Assembly: GCA_964199315.1 (NCBI GenBank)
Contig: OZ116707.1
Span: 7,626,001-7,690,000, forward strand
DNA from: Orbicella franksi
Lineage: Eukaryota
Reading direction: 5' to 3'
DNA: 64,000 nucleotides
Shown here piece after piece: positions 27,126 to 38,944 of this stretch. The position numbers were made by a program, and so were the translations under genes. The first letter of the stretch is position 1. The number at the start of each line of letters is the position of its first letter. The notes below the pieces were generated by a model. The model had not been told where the DNA came from. It ran no database searches and worked only from the letters and a program-made list of their open reading frames with translations.

Positions 27126-27489
27126 TGTACATACACATATACATACATTCAATGAATAAACAGTGAATGAATTGTTTCTCTGTACAAAGAACGCTCTGTA
27201 GAAAGTATACGGGGCAAAAGACTTTTGATACAACACACCAGTTTCAAACACTCTGACATGGCTTGGATGTGGCTGCAAGAGTGCACTGATCGCCGATTGT
27301 CATGAATCACTAAGAGATATAGCCACCCAATACCCAGCCATATCTGGGAGTTCTCATCGATGAAAACAAAACAAAACAAAGATATATGGACAAAAGATTC
27401 AAAACTCAAAATGCATGTGTCTTTATTCATCAGCCCCTTTTGTTTTACTACAACAGGTGATTTTTTTGACAATCCAGATTACAAGTTCG

Positions 27490-28230
27490 ACTCGGTCATA
27501 GTTTCACATTCATTAGCTTTCTCGCAATTTGTGCAATCGTTCAGCACGTTCTTCCATCTGCTGCAGCATGTCTTCCTCACAGTCGCGACTGCACACGAGT
27601 GCAAGGGCTTCTTGCGTCACCGCGTTAAAAGTCTCCAACCGTCTCATCCAGGTCATCAACTTCTCCCTAAATTCCCCCAGGCACTCTCCTATCCCGACCT
27701 TCGACCTGTTCTTCCTGGTCAGCTTCAGGTACTCTGTGGCATCAGGCCTAAGTTTTTTGTGAATGCCATCATAGGTTTCTCGGAACAGAGTCGACAGTTC
27801 TCAACCCTTGCTAGAGGCCCGGTCCCATCCCTCCTTCAATCTGTCGAGCTCCTTGTCAAATTCCGCAAAGAGTGCGAGAGGTCTCTGTTTGCTTTGGCTC
27901 TGGGCTTCTTTGACTCACTGGGGCCATCGTTTCCACCGTCGCGTCCATTGCTAGCGGCGCACTTCAACGTCCTTTGAACACTGGCACTCGCGTGTTCTTG
28001 TTGTCGCGGTCCCGTCTTCCTGTCCACGGGCTCCCTTTTGATGACACTTGTGTCTTGGACTTAGTCCGTGGTCTTTCCTGTCTCCGCGTCTACGGGCTCC
28101 CTTTTGATGGCACTTGTGTCTTGGACTTTGTCCATGCTCTTTCTTCTCTGTCTCTCTTTCTCTATCTTCTCTGTTTCTCTCTCGCTGGCATCTTAGAACT
28201 GAAAAGGCCGGAGACGGCCACCTTCTTTAT
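27490..28230 (-). pseudogene. Decayed charged/coiled-coil ORF
   Basis: Minus frames give ..IKREPVD (x2)..ELDRLKEGWDRASSKG..LMTWMRRLETFNAVTQEALALVC..QQMEERAERL with stops and frameshifts. Confidence 0.35.
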
Positions 28231-28361
28231 GTCTTTGTTGCTGGAATGCCGTGACATCAGCGTGACGTAAGCAGTAAGCGGTGATGTAAGCGACAATGTA
28301 AGCGATAACGTAGTGGGACATCATCCGAAGTGTATAAGAGGAAAGGAGGCGAGCCGCCATT

Positions 28362-29650
28362 CAATGGAACAAAGTGATGTCAGTGCAATGGCAAGGTGAA
28401 CCCCGGTTGACCGAAAGGAGGCGGGCCGTTGCAGAATTTTGGTGTGTTTACACCAGAAGCCCTGTTGGATCATGTCCTCGCCAACAGGTTGTACAAGGCC
28501 AGTCAAGTCTATGGGACCAAAAGTCGATACCCCATCCAACAATTTGCGGGCACATCCGGTGCCGGTCCCATTGTTTGAGAAATTACTGGGCTTGTGCCCC
28601 GTGCCAAAGACATCATTTGGGAGCACAACGGAATGATGCAAGTCACCTCATTGTTGGTACAACTTGTGGAAAAGATGCTGCGAGTGGAAGCCCATCAGAC
28701 GGATCCAAAGAAAGGGGAATGTTGAACAACCTGTGACACGCCACGGCTGTGAAGGGCAGCGACAAACTCATGTTCTTCCTCAATATTACGCAAAAAGATA
28801 GCAATGACGATCAACGAACGTTTGCGCCACCCGTATTGAGTGAGTTTGACCTGCAAGAAGACCTGAGTGGCCCTTCAAAACCGTAGTGGGTGAAATCGTT
28901 GTTGGAACTAGAACGACTTACAGGTCACGACGGTCCAAGACATGAGAGGGAGTTCCATTGTAACTATGGCGGGGTTCCCATTTCAGTGCACTTTTGTCCT
29001 AGAGAACAGACCCAGAGAACCTTTTTACTATTGCCCCAATCGATTTGCTAACTGACACGACGTCATTGAACATGTGAAGGCCATGCACCAGGGAGCGGCT
29101 TTGACAGAGGAAATTGTGATGAAGATCGCCTGGGTAGACGACCAACTGGCAGACATGGAGTTTGGCAAGTTGATGCAACCCATCAATGAAATATCCAAGG
29201 TTCGTGAACTCAAATTGGATGAAAAGAACGCAGAGGTATTGCGCTGGAGGCCAACTTTACATGCTGACTTGCACGAAATGTCGTGCATTATCATGCAGAA
29301 CACTAGGCTCTTGGAATGCCTCCAACAAGATCGAGAGGTAGCGGTTAAAATGCTGGAATCATTGGATCGATCGACTTGGGATGGCAGTAAAACGACAAAG
29401 GCAGTTGTTTGCAGTACGCAACAGGGAAATCACTGAAGTCAAAAAACACATGCTAGCCCCAGCCACCCTAATTTCACTTCAGGCAACATGGAATGGAGCA
29501 AAGTTGCATAAAGCCTACGTCACAGGAAACATGTACAAGGAATTCACTCGGGTGACGGACCAATGTCTGTGGCTGGACAGGACGTTGGGTAAAGAAGCCT
29601 GTCAGTTCGAGCAGAAAGTCAAGGCAATAGGTGGTGTCGCCCCTAATTAG
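28362..29650 (+). pseudogene. Decayed ORF with a C2H2-like remnant, ending at the left junction of element A
   Basis: Fragments ..YCPNRFAN*HDVIEHVKAMH..; frames 29074-29436 and 29381-29650 are collinear; the final stop is formed by the CCCTAA|TTAG junction. Confidence 0.35.
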
Positions 29651-31934
29651 ATCCATCCGTACAGTGATTTGCCCCCCTCTAACCCAAATGCTTATTTTAC
29701 AGCGCCAATTTACTCTTATTGGTCAAAAATCGTATTAGATTAAAGAGCAGTGTCTGTTCTATATTTCTAAAAAAATCTGAATCAATTTGGTCTAATTCCC
29801 TCCGAGTTATGTTAAGACAAAGTTGGAAGAGGGGGGCCAGGTGCAACCATGGGAGAATCGGCTGGATTAGCTCAAAAAGCGCCGAAATTTTGCAAGCATT
29901 CCTTAGATTAGTTCCCAAAGGTCTCCACAGTCGAACCCTAGCCTAACCCGCCATGGTGATCTAAGAAAATTGGATTTGCCAAAAAATGTAGTTGGGGTAT
30001 AGTGGTCACTTTTCAGATGAACCCTAGATCAGAGGGACTTTTCTTAAATTTTTTACTTTTTTACTTAAGAGAGTATATCTCGCTTAATATTGACAGTTAA
30101 GACTTGAAATTTGGCACAATTATTGCTTAACTATTTGGCTAAGTCTGTGCCAAGTTTCATTGAGATTGGCTGAAATCTAAATTTTTTACGAATTTTTTTC
30201 TGACCTAGTGTCTCTTTCTGAGATTTAGGGGGGCGAATCCTCCAGCCAACAGTTTTACATTTTCTTTTTTTTAGCATGAAGGTTTCAACATTTTTGAATG
30301 TTTTATATACCAATAGAAAGGTCTTGATGAGGCAATCTTAGTGATGTCCTTACTTTAGACTAACCCTCAAAAGCCGCTTGACAGTGGAGCAAAAACCATT
30401 AACAAAGGGGGTGAGGATGCTCATTTTTAAAAACTCTCAAAAAATTCAATTTTCATTATTACATGTTAACAATTATACCATATGCAAAGAAATTCATGTA
30501 ATACTTATTTCTGTACTTAAAAACATTACAAACAATTATCTTTCATACAGTAGGGTCATTAATACTAAGTTACTAAAAACTTAATACTAAAATGACTTTG
30601 AAAAAAATTGTTTTTTTAATCTTAGGCTGACTCAGTTACAAAACCACAAGTGGCAAAAACTAAGTATCTCAAATGTAGATATCTGAATGTTAATCTGATT
30701 CTGAAAAAATGACGTCAATTGACTCAATTGTTAGGTACTTACGAATATTTCAACTCTTTAAATTGCATCAAAAATCTAAGGGGAAATTGATACTACCATT
30801 TTTTGGTGGACTCTGAAATCTTTTTAATATCCTTCTTCCAACTTCTTTTCCCATAGTAAATATTGTCCGTTATAGGTCTTTGAAACAGCACCATTCTCGT
30901 TGTTGCTCTTTTAAACTAGCAGAAATAAATTACAGTGAAAGTTGTGTATTACGGGGGCAAATCACCACTCAAGAGGGGTCTTTACAAAAAGTACCATAAA
31001 ACATATCAGTTTCCACTTTTTCCTCTGTTTTTTTTAATATTAGATAGACAGGTTAATGCTACAAGACATATTTTTGTGAAACTTTTTCATAGCAAACTGA
31101 CGGCACAATTAACTTGCAAAATGTGCAAATTGTGTTTTCATGAAAAAAGAAGGTGGTCAACGCTTTAGCTAATAAAATGCTTTTTCTTTAGGGTTAAGAC
31201 ATGAGACTTCCTACAAATGTAACCTAATACCTAACCTAATAGTGTAGAAAGTTTCATTAAGATTGGTTAAAATTTAATTGTTTTATGATTGTTTTATTGG
31301 TAGAAATTATTTCTTGGAACAGGGGGGCGAATCCCGCTTCCCTAATTTCAACTAATACTCAGCGTGGTTTCAATACTTTTACGTGGTTTTTACACCAATA
31401 GGAAGGTCTCAATTAGGGTTATAAAATGGTATAATTATTTTTTACTGACCCTCAAAATCCGATTCAAAATCAGGAAAAGTTCTAAACTGGAAGGGGGGCC
31501 AGGAGACCGCAATTACCTTGCAAAATTGTTACCGCACAAAATGCTTCATTCTCAGGGTTTAGACTTGAAACTTATCAAAATTGTAACCTCATTATGTGGC
31601 TTAACGCTCAGCAAGTTTCATGGTGATTGGTTAAAATGTAATCTTTTTATGCCTTTCATTCCTCCAGCAATGTTTGGTTTTTTAAGGGGGCGAATCCCGT
31701 TTTTCTAGTTGTAACTTTTAAACCTTGTGGTTTTAATCTTTTTGAAAGATTTTTACACCAATAGAAAGGTCTTGTTGCGGGTTATACCATGATGTCATTA
31801 GTTTTGACTCACCCTTGAAAACCCATTGAAAGTTGAGCAAAAGATCAAAACCAGAAGGGGGGCCAGGAGACCAAGTAACGCGCAAGTACGCCTTGTGGAC
31901 CTACAAAACCCTCATTACAGACAAGCCTTGGATG

Positions 31935-32520
31935 GTGAGTACACGCTTTTTGAGCTCCGTTATTTTTGCTGTTTGGCACCCTTAGAACACTGGGCAGAGG
32001 CAATCCAACTATCGGAAGAGGTGTCTAAGGTGCTCGGGGACCTTTCTTTAACATTTTCTTCCAATAAAAAACGGTTGCCTCTGCGCAGCCTTGGTCAAAG
32101 TTTAAGGGTGCTATCTTGACCAATATGTTGTTGAAGGACCTCGTTATTAGAACTGGAGGACCTTTTATTGATGTTTTGATGTTATATCATGCTTGTTGAT
32201 GTTGTAAGGAACCGTTTGGTGTTGATTTTGTGGAAATCGGTTCCTTTGTTGATTAGTTATGACGTCATTTGTGTCGAAACTTTACACCTTAATAACTTTA
32301 TGAGGTTTTAACCATTTGGCCAGCAAACTGTAGCGTCGGATAGGCCTTGACATAGGCTACGTGCATGCCAAATTTGGTAGCAAATGATAAAATCCTCGCA
32401 AAGTTATTAGCGGTTAAAGTTTTATACAAAATGGCGGACACAAGTTTGTTGGTACCACGCCCTCAGCAGTTTTTGAACGTGAAAATGAGGGTAACTTTAA
32501 TTGCTTATAACTCTTAGAGG
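31935..32520 (+). promoter_or_regulatory. Conserved 5'-intron module X upstream of the YR-A gene
   Basis: Begins at donor GTGAGT; acceptor ttattttcag at ~32950 precedes ATG 32982; contains AAAATGGCGG (YY1-like); homologous to 43633-44193 (inverted) and 52463-53050. Confidence 0.6.
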
Positions 32521-32981
32521 ATATTGTGCCAGTGTTTCAAATTCACAGGGTTTGTAGAATAGGCTAAGGGCTCTTCGTCTAGGTTGTTGGTTTCACTCTG
32601 CACTAGAATATATGTAAGTGCCAGAGGACCAGAAGCTGTTAAAGTGTTCAAAACTAAAGTTTAAGAAGATTTGACAGTTTGAGTTGAAACTTGAGAGTTA
32701 TGTCCTTGCTAGGATAAGGGCTCTTCGTCTAGGTTGTTGGTTTCGCTCTCCACTAGAATATATGTAAGTGCCAGAGCACCAGAAGCAGTTAAAGTGTTCA
32801 CAACTAAAGTTTAAGAAGATTTGACAGTTTGAGTTGAAACTTGCTAGGCTAAGGGCTCTTCGTCTAGGTTGTTGGTTTCACTTCTCACTACAATGTCTGT
32901 AAGTACCGTCAGCCGCTGGGTTTAGTTACCATTCCTAACATTATTTTCAGCCTTTTTGACACTGGTTTAACAATCTACAAA

Positions 32982-33845
32982 ATGGCGAGCTCCTTGCCAA
33001 ATGTCAAAAAGCTCCTGCAAACAGCTTCAGCTGGAGAGAAGGAGGCCCTGAAACATCTGGGCATAGATCGTGGCTTTACGTACGAGTGTCCGCCTCGCTT
33101 CAATCCAGCCACCACATCTAAAGAGGCCTTGCAACAGCAGCTAACAGACACTATCTTTTTCACCGAGGCGGCCAATAGGCTGCACCTTGATTCAGCAGAA
33201 GAAATAGCGAGAACTGCGATACAGCATATCATCCACAGCTACTTCTGTCTCTTTGACCGTCTGCCAGACGTAGACAGCATCCTAAGTGGCCCGGACCTTG
33301 CCAAAGAGCTGCTGGACAACGTCGTTGAATTAACTTGGGCCACACAGATCCTTCGTCGGTTTGAAAAAGAAGGCAGCAAAAAGCAGAAGACAGCGACGAA
33401 GCAGCAGAAGACAGCAATGCTTCCGACAGCGAAGGTTGCGGTGACGAGTACCATCCGGAAGGCTCTTCCTCCAAAAGCTGTTCCTCTTCGGACGATCATC
33501 CTAAAAGGAAGCGCTCGCCTTCACCACCAATCGAGACTTCCCCGAAGAAGGCAAAGACACCCTCTGTTCCGAAGTCGTCACCAGGCAAAGGTTGATCCCA
33601 CCACAAGAAGTACGCCTGCCCTGTGCCAAAGTGCTCATTCCACGGCAGTGACCTTCGTCGACATCTCCAAACCCACGTACGAAAATGCGAGGTGGACGAA
33701 AATGAAGTCGAGAAGATGTTGACAATCGTCTGTGCTGGCCCGCAGCAGCGTGGAAACTTGCAAACGAGGAAAGGCCGCCGACCTCAGAAGGGCAAGCGAA
33801 AGAAGTGGTGCCCGGTACCTGCCTGCAACCAAGTCCTTTTAGATC
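32982..33845 (+). pseudogene. YR-A polyprotein, N-terminal part (two C2H2-type fingers)
   Basis: MASSLPNVKK.., frameshift near 33500, then YACPVPKCSFHGSDLRRHLQTH and KWCPVPACNQVLLD, cut by the LINE; homologous to YR-B. Confidence 0.85.
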
Positions 33846-34215
33846 CTTTTTTTTTTTTTTTTTTTTATTGCAAAACACAGGGAAAAAAAACAACTTACAG
33901 TTCAACTACTTACATTACTTATGGGACAATTACCTACATCACTTACTGGATAATTACTAACAATACAATTACTTACATTACTTACACTACAATAAGTTAC
34001 ATTGTATTAATCAATTAATTAATTAAAAAGACTATTTACTACTTACATACAATACATGTTACTTACAATACTGACAAGTGCAACACTTGTTAAGGTTGAC
34101 CTACAGTACAATAATATCCATGCACAGTGTTAGCCTTAGGGTTTTCTTCATTTTTTTTTTATACAGTTGCTTGTTGGTAGATACGTTTAATTATTATTAT
34201 CACCCACTTAGATTT

Positions 34216-37200
34216 CTAAAGATTATCATTTGACGCTGCTCCAGTTTTGAGGCTGTTGTAACATGCCAGAAAGACAGAGAAATGTTTCATTTCAGGGGGC
34301 AAGTTGCGTGTCCTACACGACCATATATAATATCTTGCCACAAGAAAATTAAAATTAAGTTTCTGTTTATTCTTTGATTTGTCTGGCCTTAGGCCTAAGA
34401 CTATATTTAAAGAAAGGTTGTATGTTCTCAATGCAAGATTTTGGCTTACAAGAAGCTCCTTAAAGTTTTGCCAGAAGGTAGAGACAACTCTACAGGACCA
34501 GAAAAGATGAATTAGGCTTTCCTTCTCAGTTTTGCAGAAACTGCAGAGATCGTTATCTTTTATTCCTACTTTTTTAAGAAAATCATTAGTCGCCAGTCGT
34601 CTATGCAGCAATTTGAATTGAAATACAATTAGTTTTATAGATTTTGTACACTGAAAAGATAGCTGGTACGCCGCACTCCAGTCTATTGGTTCATGGGCTT
34701 CAAAGGCACAATCCGTAGCCCATTTTTCTTGACTCTTGGTTGGACACCTTTGTTTAAGACCAATTATTTTTTTATAGGCCTGTCTGCTTGGTTTACTTGC
34801 TTTCATAAATTTCGTATAAAAGCTTTCGTATTGTATATTTATATTATTGTGTAAAGGTATTTTGATTTTTTTTAAAGCGGATAACAGCCCATAAAAGCAA
34901 GATAATTTGTTTCAGTGATACCATACCGATCTTTGAATTCAGAAAAGGATAGGAAGGTGTCTGAATCTTTCATCAAATGCGAAACCCTGTTAATCCTTTT
35001 TTGCTGCCATTTTTTGTAGAAGATTGGTCTGTTATCGATTCTTATAAGGGAGTTGTGCCAAAGGCTCTGAGAGCGAAAATGGTCTGTATTATTCTCGTAA
35101 GTGATTTCAGTCCAGATATTTAAGATTTCCACAATAAATGGATAGGATAAATTGACATACTTTGACAGGTCTTTTTTGCTAAGGTTGCCGCTGAACAAGG
35201 CTCTGCCACCGTAGTTCCGGAGTTCTAAGTCCAAAAAAAGTTTCCATTTTCCGTGATTGTTTACATCAGTATATTTTTTGACCCAGGTAGTTTTCAATCC
35301 TTTATTGAAGGATTCAATATCAATCATTTTTAAGCCGCCTTTTTCATAGTCATTAATCATTACTTCCCTCTTAATTTTGTCGCCTTTGCCGTTCCATAAG
35401 AAATCATAGAAGAGCCTATTGATTTCCCTTAAGACACGGTGATTAGTCATGAGGGGAGACAAAATGTATACAAGTTGGGACGCAATTAAACTTTTTAGAA
35501 CAGTAATTTTGCCAAAAAGGGTAAGTCGACGACACTCCCAACAGCTTAGGCTATTTTTGATTTTTATCAATTTTTCGTTGTAGTTCAGCTCTACTGTTAG
35601 GTCAGGATTAGTCGAGAACCATACTCCGAGAGCTTTGGTCTTTCCTTTAACCCATTTTAGGTCTCTTTCTGGGCATAATTTGTCTTCTTTTTCGGCATTA
35701 GCACCGATCCAAAGGGCTTCCGTCTTTTTGTTATTTAATTTAAGGCCAGATATCCGTTGAAAATTATCCAATATATGCAGAGAAGATGTAAGAGATTCCT
35801 TGGAACCATCGAGTATTAAAGTGGTGTCATCTGCATACTGACTAATTTTTATTTCATTTCCATTCACAAAGATGCCTTTGACATTTTGGTTTTTCCTAAT
35901 TGCATCCGCTCGAATCTCAACACAGAGAATAAAAAGATACGGAGAAAGGGGGCAACCCTGCCTTACTCCTCTTTCGAGCTTAAAAAAGTCGCTGGCCCAT
36001 CCGTTATTGAGGATGCAGCTTTCTGTGTGATCGTAGCATAGTTTAATCCAGTTGATTAGTGATTGTCCAAAGTTGTAATATTTAAATGTTTTTTGAATGA
36101 AAGGCCACTCTACTGTATCAAATGCTTTTTCGAAGTCAAGAAAAAGTAAAAGACCAGGGGCTTTTTTAGCCGTTGCGTAATGAATTATACTGTCAATGAG
36201 TCTAATATTCTCCCCGATAAACCTATCTTTAAGAAATCCAGTTTGATCATTATCTACAAGGTTCGGTAGAACTTTTTTTAGTCTGTTTGCAATAGCTTTG
36301 GTCGCGATTTTGTAGTCGCAGTTCAAAAGAGTTATTGGTCTCCAGTTCTTAATAAGGTATGGTTCTGCATCTTTTTTGGGGATTAATTTAATGATTCCGC
36401 GTCTCTGGGTTACCAAAAATTGACCTGTTTGATATGCAAAATTAATCGAATTAACAAGTAAATCCGACAAATCGTTCCAGAAAACTTTATAAAATTCGGC
36501 AGGTATTCCATCTGAGCCTGGTGTTTTATTTGTTTCTGTATTTTTTAAGGCTTGTAAACATTCCTCTTTGGTCAGCAGGCCTTCGCATGACATTTGATCG
36601 TCTGGGTTCAGTACCTTAGTATTATTCTCGTCGAAAAACATGTCATTAACATAAGTGTCGTTGATATTCATATGGGAGCTATATGGATTTCTGTAAAAGG
36701 ATTCACACTGATTTAGAATTTCTTTGTCAGTATTTACTGTTTCATCATCATTAATTTTTAGCTGACTTATTACTCCCTGTTTGTAGTGCCTTTTTTCCAT
36801 GTTTAAAAAGTATTTTGTATTTCTTTCTCCCTCACTATACCATCTACATTTCGATCTTAAGATTGCACCTTTGGTGCAGTACTCAATTATATTCTCCAAT
36901 TCTGCCTTTTTTCTTTCTAATTCCTGAGCCCCAACTTGTTTTGCATTTTCCTCGTCGCTTGTTGTTTCCATATATATTTGCAAGTTGTTAATTGCTTTTT
37001 CTAGCTCTTCTTCCCGTTTTAAAATTTTAGCTTTTTTGGCAGCTGCATATTTTAATGATTGTTCTCGGATTTTCATTTTTATCATCTCCCACAATAATGC
37101 GTGGTTCACAGTGTCATCATTTTGATATTCTTCTTTAACAGCTTGGATTGTTGATTTTATTTGGTTAACGTATTCAATTTTGTTCAAGAAAGAAGTATTA

Positions 37201-37946
37201 AGTTTCCAAAAGCCTGGTCCTCTTGGATTCGAATGAACAGCTATACTGATATCGATCATTGAGTGGCCTGTTTTGTATCCTGTCAAAATATCGGCGTGCA
37301 TGACATTACACATTAAGCTTTGGCTAACAAGAAAGAAGTCTAGTCGGCATTGAATTTTGGGTTTCCGTCGGCGCCAAGTATATCTTAGGCAATCGGGATG
37401 TAGCACTCTCCAAGCATCAATTAAATCTAAGTTTTCCATAAATTCCTGAACGATCCTAACTGAATTATTGTGTGTTCTTGCGACGCCACCTTTCTTGTCT
37501 TTATCTAAATTAAGCACTAAGTTGAAATCGCCACCAATAATTACTTCTTCACATTGAAAATCTGATAAATGCTCGAAGAAGCCTTCGAAGAAAGCCGCGT
37601 CATCGTCGTTGGGAGCGTAAATGGTGGCCAGCGTTATATACTTTTGGTTGGTTTGGATGTCACAAATAATGAATCATCCATTAGGATCACAGTACACTCG
37701 TTTCATTTCGAAATCGAATGTATTATTGAATAGAATTGCAACTCCTGCCTTAGCGCCCGTACAGCAACTAAAAAAGGATTTGTACCCCCATTCTGCCAAC
37801 CACATAGTGGACGTGCTCTCACAGCAATGGACTTCTTGTAAAAAATAAATAGAGCTGTTTTTTGCCTTGAGCCAAGAGAACATTTCCCCTCTCTTTAGCA
37901 TGTCTCCCAAGCCTCTTACATTAAGAGAACATATTTTAAGATCCAT
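34216..37946 (-). pseudogene. LINE ORF2 (AP endonuclease, reverse transcriptase, C-terminal CCHC)
   Basis: SLNVRGL..FLQEVH..IYAPN..GGDFN; WRPITLLNCDYK..LDFEKAFD..GVRQGCPLSP..YADD; CSFC..ESLIHLFWSC. In-frame TGA at 37674 and frameshift near 34890. Confidence 0.95.
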
Positions 37947-38457
37947 GCATCCTCAAAGTGTCTAGAGATAAAAATTATTCCTGGGAGCAGCTGAAGTGTC
38001 ACAACCATGTTGAAGATAATGCGGGTGCTTGAAATTAACGGTTTTCTATAATAATCCTTGAACAAGCTAATTCTGTATATAAATGGAAGCTTCCAAACAT
38101 TGGAAGCAAATACTGATCTAAAAGCTAACCACAAGACACGCTCATACAGAGCGACTATAACAAGTATAAAGCTTGGACAACCTAACACATAATTACAAAA
38201 TAAAAAGCTAAGAACGAATATTGACTGCTTACCTACCCAGTGCATCAAAGTTTTTGTTTGGGCAGTTTCACACCATCGGTAAATAGCGTGTTTGATGTTC
38301 TGCTCCTTTTGTGGTGGCTAAGGATGTAATTAATTTGTCTTGTTTTTTGCAGCTTATCGAGCTTGTGTTTAGTAGAAATTTAAGTGGCAAGTATTAGGTG
38401 AGAAAAGGCATGGAAAAAAAATAACCTGTCCAAAATCTACATATGTAAATTTGAAAA

Positions 38458-38943
38458 TTAAGCGAAAGGCTCGTCTTGAGAAATAAATTTTCCATCAATA
38501 TATAATCTGTCCGGATATTTCTTACTGAAAAACGCTGTGTGACCCTTCTTCCTTGCATCTTTAAGTTTATCTCGCTGTTTTTTCCTTAAGTCATAAAGTT
38601 CCTTTGGAATATCATCGAAGACGGAGAAATCTTTTCCCTTCAGATGCTTGCGGGCTTCTGACATAACTTCTTCTCTATCAGTATAGCGCAGAAATCTAGC
38701 AATAATTGGTCTAGGACCTTTATCATTTGGCTTACCCAGACGGTGGATCCTTTGGAGCTCTATCCTGTCTCTAGCGTTGCTGATCTTCAACTCTTGCTCC
38801 AGAAAGTTGTACATGACTTGCTTCGTGTCTTCGGTCATATGTGGCGAACCATCCATATTCGCGTCTCCGGTGACGTTACTTGTATTTTCCTCTATTCCGA
38901 AGAACTTTAAATTTTCTCTCCTATTGTAAGTTTCAAAGTACAC
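38458..38943 (-). CDS. LINE ORF1 C-terminal part (5'-truncated)
   Basis: RRENLKFFGIEE..RIHRLG..PRPIIARFL..DRLYIDG, typical of L1/Tx1-type ORF1. Confidence 0.85.
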   Translation of the reverse strand: MYFETYNRRENLKFFGIEENTSNVTGDANMDGSPHMTEDTKQVMYNFLEQELKISNARDRIELQRIHRLGKPNDKGPRPIIARFLRYTDREEVMSEARKHLKGKDFSVFDDIPKELYDLRKKQRDKLKDARKKGHTAFFSKKYPDRLYIDGKFISQDEPFA

Positions 38944-38944
38944 A

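Larger units (their letters stand above)
33846..38944 (-). mobile_element. 5'-truncated L1-clade (Tx1-like) non-LTR retrotransposon
   Basis: Poly(A) tail (T-run 33847-33866), AGATC target duplication at 33841-33845 and 38945-38949, ORF1 remnant, and APE-RT-zinc-knuckle ORF2. Confidence 0.95.

Noticed and set aside
27360-27977. 205-aa plus-strand ORF
   Set aside because: Antisense shadow of the charged minus-strand relic.
33846-38944. RT as part of a DIRS/Ngaro-type YR retrotransposon
   Set aside because: The RT is antisense, has an AP endonuclease, poly(A) and its own TSD, and interrupts the YR frame.
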